Shown here one piece after another: positions 43,651-58,511 of a stretch of DNA of 64,000 nucleotides. This DNA is from Eledone cirrhosa (taxonomy: Eukaryota). Positions within the stretch are counted from its first letter, which is position 1. Each line of letters starts with the position of its first letter. The position numbers were made by a program, and so were the translations under genes. The DNA is taken from assembly GCA_964016885.1 (NCBI GenBank), contig OZ024740.1, forward strand, positions 43,586,001 to 43,650,000, read 5' to 3'. Below the pieces are notes generated by a model. It did not search any database and was not told where the DNA came from. It worked only from the letters and a program-made list of their open reading frames with translations.

Positions 43651-45724
43651 AAAAGAATTAATTTTCTTACTAGTGTTGCAGAACAAATACTTCATCCAAC
43701 ATGTTCTGTAATATTTGCTGACAGTTTGAAATAAGATCCAAGTTATTATTAAATATACTATATGGGGAAATATCTAGCCAAGCTTTATTTCATTTGCACG
43801 TGTTGCAGAAACTATTTAAATAATGATAACGTAGTCAAAATCTAACTATGAGTATTGAAATAGATGATAACTGTGCAATAAAATATAAAGGGTTTACAAA
43901 TCTGCATAAAATGAATTTGATATTGGGAAAAATAAGCTATATAAGATGCTGCTCCATTTCCTTAACCAGGAAGTGGTGCAACATCCCGTGACACAACCCA
44001 ATGAAAAGATTAATGTCCCTGGTTCAAGACAAATAATTGCTTTTGTTGCCAACTGCATATCTGCATAAGTACTTTATTTCAGAACTACAATGCAAACAGT
44101 TATATTACGTCTGCTCTTACAACAGTTAGCTATAACTTAAGCTCGCACTGATTTATAGTTTGAAAGATTCCGTCAGGTTTTAATCGATTTTCGTTTCAAT
44201 TGAAATAGAATAACCTAACACGACCCTTCACTCTTCGATCTTTGTTCAAATTCAAATCCTTACAGGTTTGTGTGCAGTATTAAATACTTAGATCAAAAGA
44301 CGTACCACACGAAATGCAATACCTTATACTAAACTTAATAATTATTTCCTTAAAAATTCGATATCAGCTTTGTTGTATTCCACCATGATCTCTGTAGCTG
44401 GCTACCTATTTTTGATGTAATCTTCTCATGTTTTTCCTGGTATTTATATAGTGAAACATGCCATTCGAACTCCAAAGAAAGTAAGGTCATTGTGTGAAAT
44501 GTATTGAATTACTGTTCAGTTATGTCTTTATTGATACGTGCTGCCTTCTTATTAAGAATTCTATCTGAACATTTTAGATTTAATTCTCTCAGGTTACTAT
44601 TTTATTAATTTTAAAATCGTTGCTCTTGAAGATAATACATTTATTCGCATCAAATATAATTGCTATTTACATCTGCATAGCAGTCTGGCCATATGTTCCA
44701 AATTTATTAACATTTCTGTTGTGCCATTAAACAAACTCGCACCTACATACAAACACACATATACACACAACTCTCATCACGCATACACATATATTTATCA
44801 ACCCACACATACACACCTACTTCCAAAATCTATTAGTCATTGCTGTCATCGACAAAATGTCATTAGCTTCTCCTGATTGCGCTTCATCATCATCAGAATC
44901 GAAGCTGCCATCACCAACGTTGCCGTCATCGCCCCATACGGAACATCTTCACTCAATTCTACATTACTAATAGAAAATAGGTTTCAAATTGAGATTTGGA
45001 TATCATCCGCTCAAGGACAGCCGTATTGATATATACAAAAAACTTCTATGCATGTATTAACGTCTAAATATACCTACATATATGTGCGTATATTTGAAGT
45101 TGTTTACTTGTTTAAATACCTGCGCATTGATACTAATACAATGTATTGTATTCCCCTACCTTCGCAAATAAATTGTATCTGCTTCCAAAAACTAGAATCC
45201 TATACATCTCAGAGGGAGTTTTTGCTATGTCAATTCCAATATAGGTGAAGTAGCTCTATTTTCTGTTTATTTCTGTAGCTCTATTTCTTTTTACCAATTA
45301 TTAACTTGCCTTGTTTTGTTAGTTGTCAAAATAGATTTAATCTATTAGAACTTTATCATTTTTTAATATCGCTCCTAGAACAGTTTGTTACAAAAGCTAC
45401 TAGAACATAAGTTATCCTATCTGTTTCTTAATCACATATGAGCTTATTCCAAGGTTAGGAAAAATTGGCAAATACCGATTTCGTCGCTGGATTGAATTAT
45501 TAGTCTAGCTGCTTAATATCATATAACGGTCTTCGGTTTGTAGTGCCGAAAAGCTTTATATTTTGCAGTATATTCTATTCCAAATATTAAGACCTTTGCA
45601 ATTGCCCAAATAATTCTAAATTTTAACTTGCTAATATAACATTTTGTATTTTACATATTTCTTTTGCTTAGCTGCTGGTTTCATGTAGGAATCAGACCTT
45701 AAATGATGAGAACATAGACCGTGA

Positions 45725-45908
45725 TTGGTATCGGTAGAGGGTCGGACGCCATGCTTTGCAGCAAAGAGTTACGGCCCTTTATGGTCTAAGTTCAAATCCC
45801 GCCGAGGTTAACTTTGCCTTTCATCCGTACGGGGTCGATGAAATGAAGTACCAGTAATGCATTGGGATAATTGCTGGCCTTGTGCCAAAAGTAGAAATAA
45901 TTATTATT
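45725..45908 (+). mobile_element. tRNA-derived SINE
   Basis: Full head, core and tail. Confidence 0.88.
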
Positions 45909-45934
45909 AATATCAATATTATAATTATTGTTCT

Positions 45935-48288
45935 TTGAGCCTCAGTCATTGGTGTTAGTTAACTCGAAATTTTGTTGAAATGAATATCAAGCCACTACCT
46001 GCAGCCTCAGATATTCAGGACGTATCGGAGGGTTCTTGCTGTTCCCAGCAAGCATGCCTTTTGAAGTGTTCCAAAAAGCGGGGCGGGGCCAATTTTCTTT
46101 AACCACCACTGGAAACTTTTTGAGATAGTACCTAGTGCGCCTATGACAATCGGGACCACTTTGACTTCATGGCAGTTCAAAATCCTTTTTACCTACCACT
46201 TTAAGTCCTGGTATCGGTTAATTTTCTCCCTCTCCTTCTCTTACACTCTCGTGTCGAATGGGCAGGCCACATCCACAATCAGGCACGGTCTTTTTTCCTT
46301 GTCCAAAACCACCAGGTCAGGTCTATTGTGTTCCAGTTTCTTGTCCGTCTGTATCCAAAAATCCCATAGCACCTTCACCTGATCGTTTTCTATCACCGAC
46401 TCTGGCTTATGCTCATACCACTTCTCAGAATGTGGTTAATTGTTTACTTTGCATAGGTGCCAGTGGATCACCCTGCCTATCACATCATGTCGCCAGCCTT
46501 TATAGTGAGTCTGGGCTAGGTGTTTACACTGGGATACAATGTGAGCCAGAGTCTACTCTCTCTCTCTCCACAGATCCTGCACAGTGGGCTAACCTCCTCC
46601 TTGTAAATATGGTGTTTCAGCCACTTCGTTTTGAGGGCCTGCTCTTGCGTAGCCATTAGCATTCCTTCTGTAACCTTTTTAAGGTCTCTTCTTTTCAACG
46701 TGTTCCATGTCTGTGGATCTATGAATTCCGTTTTCTCAAAGAAGGTACTATGAAGGGATTTTTCATGAAGGCTGCTCTTTCTCCTCGTTGTTGTTTCCTC
46801 CTTGGACATCTCCTGGTCTATTGTCCTCTCCTTCAGTACAATCCTAAGCATTGGCTCCTTACGATCGGTCACGTATTTGTGTAGGTTGTTTTTCTCCATC
46901 TGAACACAGTCCTCTACGCTGATAAGACCTCTTCCACCTTCAGATCTACTTAAGTAGAATCTATCGACATCACTCCTCTTGTGGAACATGTTGTAGATAG
47001 TCAATAGCTTCCTAGTCTTTCTATCCATTTCTTTTTGTTCAGCAACATTCCATCTCAGAATTCCCGCACTGTACCTAATAATAGACACAGCTCGGGAATT
47101 TACTGCACTTATGGCATTCCTACTGTTCAGATGTGACTTTAATACGCTCCTTATTCTCCGAATGTATTCAGATCTTATCAATTCCTTCATTTTTTGTTCT
47201 TGATGTCATCAGCCTCCAGAATACCCAAATACTTGTATCTTTCTTCGGTGTCAATTTCCTTTATCATCTCACCTGTTGGTACCTGGATTCCGTTGCTTCT
47301 GCTCAATTTACCCATCTTCATCACAAGGACACCACGCATACTAATACCAAATTGCATACATATATCATTGCTGAAAATACGGACAGTGTCAACAAGCACA
47401 TCCAACTCCTTCTCACTCTTCCCGAAGTGCTTAAGATCGTCCATGAAGAGGAGGTGATTGATGGTAAGCTCTCCCTTTCCCAACTTGTATCCTGCTCTCA
47501 CTTTTCGCAGTATAATGGTCAAGGACATCAGGGCAAGGACAAACAACAGAGGGGACAGACTATCTCCCTGGAAGATACCTCTCTTGATCTTCACGCCTCC
47601 CAAGGATTCTCCAGCTAGTGTTAACTCTGTTTTCCAGGACTTCATACTTTTGCTCAACAACTGTCTGATGTTATCTGCCACCTTGAAGATATCTAGGCTT
47701 TTGGAGCCAAGAACGAGGCACCATATCAAATGCCTTTTTGTAGTCTATCCCATGGCAAGACCAGTGTGTCTCCTCTTGCAACTCCTCATTACCATCTTAT
47801 CAAGAAGTAACTGGTCCTTTGTACCACGGGACTTCTTTCGGCATCCTTTCTGTTCGTCCGGTAACAAGTTGTTTGTGTGGAGGTGATGGTAGATTTCCTC
47901 AGACACAATGCTTGTCAACAGTTTCCACATTACGGACGGACATGTGATAGGTCTATAGTTGGTAACATCATTACCCTTGATTCGGTCTTTCATTACCAGA
48001 ACTGTGGCACCTTTTGTCAACCACTCTGGTACCTCACCTGACATCAAGCAGTCATTGAACATGGTTGTCAGTTTCGGGGGGAGGGATGTTATATTTTTAA
48101 TCCCATAACCCTGCACACAATCTGGTTCTGGTGATTTCCAGTTGGTATGTTTTTGGGCCTGCCCCTTAAGAGTTTCAACTGTGGTACTCAAATCAGTTTG
48201 TTGGTGTGCCTGTTTATTAATCTCCATTTGAACTGTCTCAATCCACACTGCCTGGTCATTATGTTTAATATCCTGCTCCCATAGAAGT
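45935..48288 (-). mobile_element. 5'-truncated R4/Dong-clade LINE (RT plus restriction-like endonuclease), disrupted
   Basis: NYRPITC, GIFQGDSLSPLLF, NHLLFMDDLK, EGGRGL, QEQALKT, CRIC, RPDLVV. Confidence 0.88.
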
Positions 48289-48615
48289 TGAGGTAACTTG
48301 ACTAGAGTTTTTGGCGTGGTAGTGGTGATGGTGGCGATGGTGGTGTTGGTGGTGAAATTATTTGCCTGTCTTTCTACTTAGCCATGCTTCTCTTTTTCGA
48401 TTATAACATTTCTGATCCAAATTAAATATTAAATATTGGGGCCCTATACTGTAATGTGATGCGTTGTCGCTTGCTGAGGGTAAATAACTGTAATCTTATA
48501 TTTCATTTGTAATAAGAATTATTCTATCACAGTTGTTTAAATAAGTAAAAATAAAAAACTTACGAGAGCGATTCCATAACGATATATATCCATCATGTGC
48601 GTTTTCTTCCCTATA

Positions 48616-48646
<31 letters not shown>

Positions 48647-51395
48647 GCAGATGAGTTTTATCTTGCTTTATGGTCATACAAGTAATCACCAAGTCACAAC
48701 CAGTGACCTCAAGAGACAACAAGGTCCGCCATGTTCAAGAAAGAACATACATACTCACACATGCATCTTTAGGTGTTTAGACTTGTGATGTACTTATATT
48801 GACAGAATCTTCCTTAGTATATGGGCAGTTCCCATTAGTACTATCTTTTGTATTTCTCCTATACGCGGGTTTCCTGGGATTTGCGATAAGTAATCATTAG
48901 ACCCCTTAGGTATCATTCCTAGATCGCCTACAACCACTGGTATTGTTTTAGTTCTCAATTTCCACATTTTTCCAATTTCTATCTCCAGGTCCTTATACTT
49001 GCTCAATTTTTCAAATGTTTTTATAGATACATTCTTGTCTATTGGAACGGACATATCAATTAGCAGGCATACCCTCTTTTTAAAGTCCTTCAATATTATA
49101 TCAGGTCTATTTGCATCTATTTTTCGGTCTGTTTGGATGCTAAAGTTCCACAAGATTGAGATGTGATCTTTTTCAAGTATGGGATGTGGTGGATGCTCCC
49201 ACCAATTCTTATGATGTGGCAGGTCAAAATGCTTACACATTATCCAATGTGCAGCTCTGTCATGCCTGTTTAGGTATTCGGTTGGAGCTATAGGACTGCA
49301 TATTGAAATTATATGGTCAATCGTCTCTGGTTGTTTTTTACATACACGGCATAATGGGCTGCATCCATTTTTTATTATGTTGGCTTGGTAATTTTTTGTT
49401 GGCAGACACTGATCTTGTGCTGATATAATCAGTCCTTCAGTCTCCAATTTCAGTCCAGAGGATGCCAACCACTGATGGGTTAAAGTTTTGTCAACATCAG
49501 GATTGTTAGCTCGTTCTGGGTATTTTCCATACAGAGGCTTTTCTTGCCATTTCTTAGCGAGTTTCTGTAGCAGTTCTTTCTTTGCAGTTACTTTTACCTA
49601 CTTTGCTTTTTCTGTGTTTTCCATTTCAGCAGTAAATTGGACTTCTGAAATTTGTAGTCCATTACTGTATCTTTGTGCATCTTTTGTAATGGAATATTAT
49701 CTTTTGATGCTTTCGTATTTCAAAACGAGTTTGATCATCCAATCATGTGATTCCCTTAGATATGTAGATAATCCAATTGTTGCAGTTTTCAACGAAATGT
49801 CTAACTGGATTAACCCACGTCCTCCTTCTTTCCTAGGGAGATATATTCTATCTGTATCTGCCTTAGGGTGATGCATTCTGTGCATGGTTAAGAATTTTCG
49901 AATTTTTGTATCGAGCCTACGGATCTCTGTGCTTGACCAGTTGATGACATAGTAACTGTAAGTTACTACTGGTATGGCAAGCGTGTTTATGTCATTGATC
50001 CTATTCCTTGCATTCAATTCCGTTCTTCAGATCGCTCTTACTCTGCGGTAACATTCCTTCCTTATCCTTTCCCTCATTGTCGAGTGCTTGATTCCGTCTC
50101 CTTCACAAACACCTAGATATTTGTAAGTTTCCTCTTGATCAAGTTCTCTTATCACATTCCCCCGATCAAGATTAATGTCTGAACTTTTCAGCAGCTTTCC
50201 TCTGGTGAACGTTGCTTTGGCGCATTAATCTAGTCCAAACTCCATTTTAATGTCATCACTGAACTGCTCCACAGTGGATAATAGCCCTTGCAATTGTTGA
50301 TCATTTTTTGCAAATAGTTTCAGGTCATCCATGTAGAACAAGTGATTAATGGTTTTGTCATAGACTTTATATCCATGTTTTGTTTCATTGTGCATGTTAC
50401 TTAATGGTATAAGTGCGATGCAGAATAAAAGCGGTGATAAAGAGTCACCCTGAAAAATTCCACAATTAATATTAACTTCTCCAGCTTCCAGTGATTTTGT
50501 TTCACTATTCAAAAGGAGTGTCGTTTTCCATGTCTTCATACTGAATGACAAAAACCTCCTGACAACGGGAGATATTTTGAAAATCTCTAAACATTCTTCA
50601 ATCCAACTGTGTGGCAAACTATCGAATGCTTTTTTATAATCTATCCAAGCAATTGATAGATTTTTGTGTCTATTATGACAATCTTCCAGTATCATTTTGT
50701 TAACCAAAAGCTGGTCCTTAGAGCCATATGAGCCTCGTTTACACCCTTTCTGCTCAATGGGAAATAGGTCATTTGTTATCAGGTGGTCATATGTATATTC
50801 AGTTAGGACTGATGTTAACATTTTATACATTGTGGTCAAACAAGTTATCGGTCTGTAATTTTTTGGATTGTTTCTCTCATCATTCTTAGGAAGCAGGAAT
50901 GTAATGCCGTTAACTAGCCATGATGGTATCTTTTCTGGCTCCTTAACTATTTCATTGTAAAGTTGGGCTAACAGCTCATGAGACTCTGTGAAGGCATTTA
51001 TCCAAAAATATTGTATTTTGTCTTTTCCTGGGGATTTCCATTTGCTGGTTTTACCTAGAGCCAAACGCAACTGTTCAACTGTTATATTTTCCCATATTTG
51101 TTCCTCAAGATGAGCTGTATCTTTTATTTGTCTGTCTATCCATGGGGCATGTATATTATGAACTTTTTCTTCGGCCCAGATCTTTTCCCAGAATTCCTGC
51201 ACTTCCTCCTTGGGTTGTATTGATTTAGCAGTTATTGTTGACTTACCCATTTTTCTGTAGAAGTTTCTTTGGTTGTTTTTGAACATATTATTGTCCTTAT
51301 AGAATCTAGATCGTTTTTCAAAGTGCCTTATACGAGCAGCTTTGACCGACACTTTTTGCTTGATTATTTCTATCAGCATGTCTATGTCACTTGTT
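48647..51395 (-). mobile_element. Second 5'-truncated R4/Dong-clade LINE with its 3' end at (TAA)n
   Basis: WIDYKKAFD, GIFQGDSLSPL, HLFYMDDLK, AQDQCL, CRVC...HI...C, NRPDII, KLSKYKDL. Both ends abut (TTA)n. Confidence 0.9.
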
Positions 51396-51397
51396 GA

Positions 51398-51436
<39 letters not shown>

Positions 51437-51438
<2 letters not shown>

Positions 51439-52545
51439 GTCGTTGGGGGTCTGGTGGGAGAGGCGCAGACATGCGCCATTCCCGACAGATCCATCCACGA
51501 CAACTTCTACCTCATGCGACATATCGTGGAGAGGGTAGCTAGGGAACCTGGCACGGGTGGGACCTTGATCAATTTAGATCAGTCGAAAGCTTTCGATAGG
51601 GTCGACCATCTTTACCTAGCGGCAGTCTTGAGGGCGGCTGGCTTTGGGCCCGTCTTCAGAGGCTGGACCGTTGCCATGCACAGCGACACCTGCTCTGTGG
51701 TGAGAGTCAACGGTCACCTTTCGGAACCGTTCAACATCATGCGCTCGGAACCATTCAGCATCATCTCTTCGGAAGAACTTTTGGGCCGGGGCCTATGGGC
51801 AACTTCCAGAAATCCCTGGCCTAGCAGTGCTACCGAGGAGCTTTGCCAGTTCGGGATAAACTCTACAAGCATGGAGGTGCCGTCAGCCGGCCATGTCCGA
51901 GATGCGAGCAGGGTGACGAAACCGTCCTGCACGCACTCGTCCAGTGTCCGAGCATTGCTGACTTGTGGATTTATATCGAACACCTGCTGTCGCGTTAGGA
52001 CGGAGCCATCGTGAGGATTGCCCCGCCCTCTTATTTAGCCGGGAAGGGCAGGCGGTTTTTATCTGTCTGGTGGCCAACACGAAAGAGATAGTATGGTGGA
52101 CACGTTTGAAAGGGCTGAAGACGAGCACTTACCTCTTCAGTGATGCCCTGATTAACTTTTTCAAATTTCATTTTAAAAGGAAAATCAGGGTAGAGGGGGA
52201 AGTGCTCTCTTCCCAGCATTTTGTTGAAAGATGGGTGAGAGAGGCAAGAATGGCCCGTGTGAATGGGCCTACTCTGAGTATGTGTCTGTAAATTAAAGGT
52301 GGAAAATTGGGAGAGGACACTTGCCCTGGTAGTCAGGGTCACTGTGGCCTTTTAATGGGCTTTCTCCACGAATGTCCCTCGGAAGTCTCCCCCGTATTGG
52401 GGAATTTTTCATTGTTATTTTTTTGTTACATCCTCTGTTTTTGTTTTTTACACCCAGAAATGCCCATTTTTACCATCCTGTATTGTCCTGTACTGTCCTT
52501 AATGTCTACTTTATTAAAACCCTTGTGGTTAATAAAGAAAGTATT
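51437..52545 (+). mobile_element. 5'-truncated, internally deleted Tx1/L1-like LINE
   Basis: Matches 56462-56772, then jumps to the equivalent of ~57716. Shares the 3'UTR and (TTA)n tail. Confidence 0.88.
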
Positions 52546-52550
52546 ATTTC

Positions 52551-52589
<39 letters not shown>

Positions 52590-52651
52590 GAAGAAAATAA
52601 AGTAGCATAATGTACTGGGTAATTGCTGGCCTTGTGCCAAAAGTAGAAACA

Positions 52652-52696
<45 letters not shown>

Positions 52697-52910
52697 GACG
52701 ACCTACGTAGGAAATCGTATCATCGTGAGCTCCGCAAAGGTTTGTTGTTTTCGTTTGTTTAAAATTGCCATTTATGGAAAATGTTTGTTGTTAACTATTT
52801 ATAAGGTCACAAAATTTGCTTTCGGAAAAGGACACTCAAAAAGATTGGGGCCTTGAGCCCAAAATTTAAACTTTTATAATTATCAAACGAAAGAATTTCT
52901 ATGAAACATC

Positions 52911-54765
52911 ATGGACGACTCACAGCCACACCTTCCTCACAAACTAACACCTCACACCGACACCACCATTATAAATATTACTACGTTTGTCAACACTAAA
53001 AATATAAGCAGTAGCAATAATTTTAATTTGTCGCATGTAGACAATCATTTCTCGCCATTACCAATGATTGCAGCTGTTGAAGCCACCACCCCCACCACCA
53101 CCACAGCGACAATACAAACAAAAGAAAAAAAAATGATCTCGTAATATCGAAATAGGTTCACCCAGAATGGACACTTCCACACCGAACACCACTGACGCCA
53201 CCACCACCACAACTGAAACTAAAAATAACAATAACAAATATAACGATAACAACAGCAACAACAACAATGAGAATAAGAAAACCACTCTGTTTTTTGCCAG
53301 AGCAGCAAAAAAGTGCGAAGCAATCCAGGTAACTCAGGAGGAATTAGATGAAGCCAAGATAATGGTAAAGAAAGATGGGTACAGGGTCAGCCACACACCC
53401 CCACCTAATAAAATGGAGCATCGGCGCCTATGCACCGTGTCTTATCGGACGATTAACATAAAATCGCGCCGAGCGGAACGGGCATCCGAGTCCCAAATCC
53501 AAAATGCTGTGGTACATGTGTGGGCAAAAAAAACCCCACATCAGACGTGGGCAGAAATACGGAACCGTGGACGTGTTCTTTGAAACACCACAGGAGGACA
53601 GAGAGCACTCCTTGGCCCCATTAAGAAGTAACGACTTCACACTCGTCCCAAGCTATTGTGGCCAGTGACTCGTGAAGATCAGGGTGACCCACGTTCCACC
53701 GGCCATCGAAATTCCCTGGCTAATGACTGCCGTCCTCGTTCGCATCGAGGCCAACACCAAGATAATCGAAATAGCGACAGAAAAGCAGGAGAACTGGTCC
53801 GGATCTGGGATGGAGCTCCTGATCCAAGCGGACCAGAAAAGTATTGAGGAAATCCCAGTGGTAATAGACCTCACTGACGGCAGCCACCTCAACGTAATTG
53901 TCGAGGGCAGAAGGCCTAGGTGTGTCGTTTGTGGTGAAGGAACCCACCTAAGGGCTTTCTTGCCCTCAGGCTAAAAGATTGAGGCAACCTCTCTTACCCA
54001 CCCCAGTGACTCAACACTCAACAACACCAGCAACAGAAATGGCAGCAACAACTGTAGCAGCAACAACAGAAGCAACTGTAACAGCAACAACCCCAGCAAC
54101 AGTAGCAAAACCAACACCACCACCACCCAACGCGCCAGAACTAGCACCAGCGCCTACAACATCCACTACGCCACAACCAAAACCAACGCCTGTGGAGGAT
54201 TTTCCACTCCCTGACCTATTGTAACTTGAAACAGATTGTGACGACGAGGAGTGGGAAACGGTATCAGGAAAAAAGAAAAAAAGAAAAAGAAGCCCAAAAA
54301 GAAAAAAATCCTCTTCCTTCCCTCTCCAAAAACAAAATACAGAGGGAAACAAATAAACTATCAAGCAAAAAAGTTAGGACAGCTATGCCACCATCCACAC
54401 CAGCATCACCAACCCCATCACCATCATTAACCCAAACACCACCATCACCAACACCACAAAAGTCACCAAAAAGCGAAATAGAAACAAACCCAAAACAAAC
54501 ACAAACATAACAAAACGATACACACTACACAGCATTAAATTTGAACAAGAACCAATTATTACACTACAACCAACACAACACCAACATCACAGAAAAAGAC
54601 TACACAACTCCCCAAAAGTTCACACCACCTCCACACATACAAATCACTCGCATCACACAGAAAACGTACTAAAACAAAAATTCCCCAAAGACATCGGAGA
54701 CTTCCGACAAGCACTCTCCAGGAGGATTTATAAAGACATCCTTCCGGACGAGGCCACAAGCTGTG
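52911..54765 (+). pseudogene. ORF1 of copy A (gag-like, zinc knuckle), frameshifted
   Basis: FARAAK, CTVSYRT, RVTHVPP, GRRPRCVVCGEGTHLRAF, Thr/Pro-rich tail. The start position is uncertain. Confidence 0.75.
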
Positions 54766-54849
54766 AAAAGGATGGAGAAACCATCATTCCTCTACGAGAA
54801 GTAAGGTAAGTGGTCTTTACCTTCTATTCCACTCCATTTCAACATTACC

Positions 54850-57800
54850 TCACTCAGAATAGGCAGCATAAATGCGCGTAGCTTGGGGGTCGACATGGAA
54901 GCAAGGCCACCTGCTCAACGAGCTCAGGTCACTAAACATAGATGTAGTGGCCATCAGCGAGACCAGAATCTCCGAAGCACGGGCCTTCGCACCGCTCGTC
55001 GGCCGCTACAATGTGTACGCATCTCCCAGTGGTCCTGGGTCGGGAGGAGGATTTGCTGCGCTTTTTCTGAGAGCTTTGGATCTCGCCATACGAGCCATCT
55101 TCCTGGACCCAGAAGGTAAGTTGGTGGTGCTGGATGTGACCAGCGGAGACGGGCAAGCTTTCAGGCTAGTGGCCGTCTATGCGCCGACAAGAGCAGGTGA
55201 GCCTGATTTCTTCCGGCGTCTGGAGACCTTTCTTGGAACGTCCCGCTCTTTAGTGTTAGTGGGCGACTGGAACGGGATCTTAGATGCACGCTGTGACTGT
55301 GTGGGATTAGCAGACAGGGGAGGAGGGTGCAAGAGCAGCACCAACCTGCTCAGGAATTTTGAACTGTCTGACAGGTACCGATTTGATTTCCCGAATGTGC
55401 CAATGTGGACTTGGATAAACCGCATAGGGTCATCCAGATGATATATACATAGAGTATTTTGTAGAGAAATAGATAGGTCTAGCATAAGCTGTCCACAATT
55501 CAAGGTAGTCAGATACACGGACCACAAATTCGTGATCTGTGTGCTTGACTTAGATAGGCTTCATAGATGAGGACCCGGCTACTGGAAGCTAAACGCGTCC
55601 TTATAAGCGCGCAAGCCTTCAGAGACCGGATTAGCGAACTAGTTAAGCGGGCGTTGACGGGGGCCATCGTCAACAACAAGTGGTGGTTTGCTCTGAAAAG
55701 AGCGATTAGAATAGAGTCCATTAGGTTTAGTAAGGCTTTAGCAATAGAGAAAAATAGAGCAGAGGGAGAACTTGTTAGAAAATTAGACGAGGCGCTTAGC
55801 AAAGGCATCGCGACCGACGTACTTGCGGCGAAATTGGCCCTTGATCAATTCTTCAATGCAAAGCACTAAGGCTGCGTTGTCAGAGTTAGGGTGCGTGCTC
55901 TCAGACACGAGGGGACGAAAGCCGTTCAATGGGCCCGAGTGGCGGAGGCGCGTCGTGGCAACGAAGCCACGATCCGGTCTTTGGTGGGCCAAAATGGGCG
56001 CATGCTACTCAATCCCGGGAAAATGCGTGAAGCTTTTCAGCGACACTTCGCTCAGCTGTTCGGGAGCAGCGGCGGACCGGGTCGAGGGATGGACTTTAGT
56101 GTCTACCTCGACGGACTGCCGCGGCTCTCGGCCACTGAGGCGGAGTGTTGCGAAAAGCCGTGAATAGCCGCTGAAGTAAGGGAGACAATGACTGGCTGCA
56201 CAAGGGGTAAATCGCCTGGATTGGATTGTCTTCCCTATAAAATTTACGTACAGATGCCAGACTTGTTCGGAGGCTTCTTAGCGGACGTCTACTGCAACTG
56301 GCAACAGAACGGAAGAATTCCCAGCTCTGTGAGCCGAGGAGCGGTGGCGCTGCTGACAAAGGATACGAACAAGGGGGATAACATAGATAAATTCAGGCCC
56401 ATAACTTTGCTAAACACAGAGTTCAAGATTTTGGCCAAGGTGCTAGCAATGAGGTTGGCGCTTGTCGTTGGGGGTCTGGTGGGAGAGGCGCAGACATGCG
56501 CCATTCCCGACAGATCCATCCCCGACACCCTCCACCTCATGCGCTACATCGTAGAGAGGGTAGCTAGGGAACCTGGCACGGGTGGGTCCTTGATCAATTT
56601 AGATCAGTCGAAAGTTTTCGATAGGGTCGACCATCGTTACCTAGCGGCAGTGCTGAGGGCGGCTGGCTTTGGGCCCGTCTTCAGAGGCTGGATCGCTGCC
56701 ATGCACAGCGACATCTGCTCTGTGGTGAGAGTGAACGGTCACCTTTCGGAACCGTTCAACATCATGCGCTCGGTCCGCCAAGGATGTCCCCTCTCGTCCC
56801 TCTTGTACGTATTGACTATCGAGCTATTACTGCACACACTGGAGACGTTGAGGGGGATCCCGCGCGAACTAGGATGCGGAAGATCCGTGTGAGCATATGC
56901 GGACGATGTCACCGTAGTGGTGTCGAACGCCAAACACGTCGAGGCGATCGGCACTACACTAAGAGAATACGAAGCGGTGACAGGAGCAATGATCCACCAG
57001 GAAAAGTCAGTGGGCCTGCAGCTTGGCTCCTGGAGTGGCAAGACCATGCCGTCCAACAGCGTCGTCGGACGCTGGACGGACGGACCGGTTACATTGCTAG
57101 GGGTCTGGTTCGGTCCGGATCTCCAGACGGACAAAAACTGGGCCGAGGTGACGACAAGGGTGGCATCTCTCACCCAGAAATGGGCGGAGAGGAATCTATC
57201 CCTAAAAGGTCGAGCGGAGGTGGCTAACGTGTACATCGCGTCTGTCATCTGCTACCGCCTGGCCGTCGTACCTTGTCCTAAGCCTCGCCTGACTGCGCTG
57301 GAGCGTTTGCTATTTCGCTTTTTGTGGAGGGGACGCGCTCAGATGGTCAGGCGGTCCATCTGCTGTCAACACCCGCTACGTGGAGGGCTTGGCATGCCGT
57401 GGCTGATTATGCACAGACACGCGCTCAGGCTACGACATCTCCACCTTTTATTGGACGGGGATCAGGTGTGGTCGCCGTTTGCTAGACACGTATTTCCCCA
57501 GCTCGTTTCCTTGACGGAGCCGCAGTCCTGGGTCAAGCGAAGACCGAAAGTGAGCGTCTGGAGACTGGAATGTCTTCAGGCGCTCACAGCCCTCGACCAA
57601 TCGGGCAATGGGATAGGTGGAAACTCCACCTCGGCGTTCTATAGAGGATTAGTGGAGGGGAAGAGCGACGACGTACTTGGGGAAACTCTAGGCGTCGACG
57701 AAAATCAACTAGCCAATCTCTTCGGAAGAACTTTCGGGTCGTCCCAAATGGACAACTTCCAGAATTCTCTGGCCTGGCAGTGCTACCGAGGAGCCTTGCC

Positions 57801-58262
57801 AGTTCGGGATAAACTCTACAGGCATGGAGGTGCCGTCAGCCGGGAATATCCGAGATGCGCGCAGGGCGACGAACCGTCCTGCACGCACTCGTCCAGTGTC
57901 CGAAAATTGCTGACTTGTGGGTTTATGTCGAACACCTGCTGTCGCGTTTAGGACGGATCCGGCTATCATCTGAGTCCATCGTGAGGATTTCCCCGCCCTC
58001 TTCCTTTAGCCTGGAAGGGCAGGCAGTTTTTATCTGTCTGGTGGCCATGGCGAAATAGATAGTATGGTGGACACGTTTGAAAGGGCTGAAGACGAGCACT
58101 TACCTCTTCGGTGATGCCTTGATTGACTTTTTCAAATTTCATTTGAAAAGGAAAATCAGAGTAGAGAGGGAAGTGCTCTCTTCCCAGTATTTGGTTGAAA
58201 GATGGGTGAGAGAAGCAAGAATGGCCCGAGTGAATGGGCCTACTCTGAGTTCGTATCTGTAA
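54850..58262 (+). pseudogene. ORF2 of copy A (APE endonuclease and RT), multiple stops and frameshifts
   Basis: AISETR, VGDWN, YTDH, GKSPGLD, FRPITLLN, LDQSKVFDRVDH, RQGCPLS, YADD, GGLGMP. Confidence 0.9.
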
Positions 58263-58511
58263 ATTAAAGGTGGAAAACTGGGGAAGGACACTTGCCTTGG
58301 TGGTCAGGGTCACTGTGGCCTTTTACTGGGCTTTCTTCACAAATGTCCCTCCGAAGTCTCCCCCCTATTGGGGAATTTGTCATTGTTATGTTTTGTTACA
58401 TCCTCTGTTTTTGTTTTTTACACGCAGAAATGCCCATTAGTACCGTCCTGTATTGTCCTGCACTGTCCTTAATGTCTACTTTATGTAAACCCTTGTGGTT
58501 AATAAAGAAAA

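Noticed and set aside
42600-45700. Host gene exons in unique-looking AT-rich DNA
   Set aside because: No ORF with a recognisable product; candidate splice sites cannot be supported without RNA-seq.
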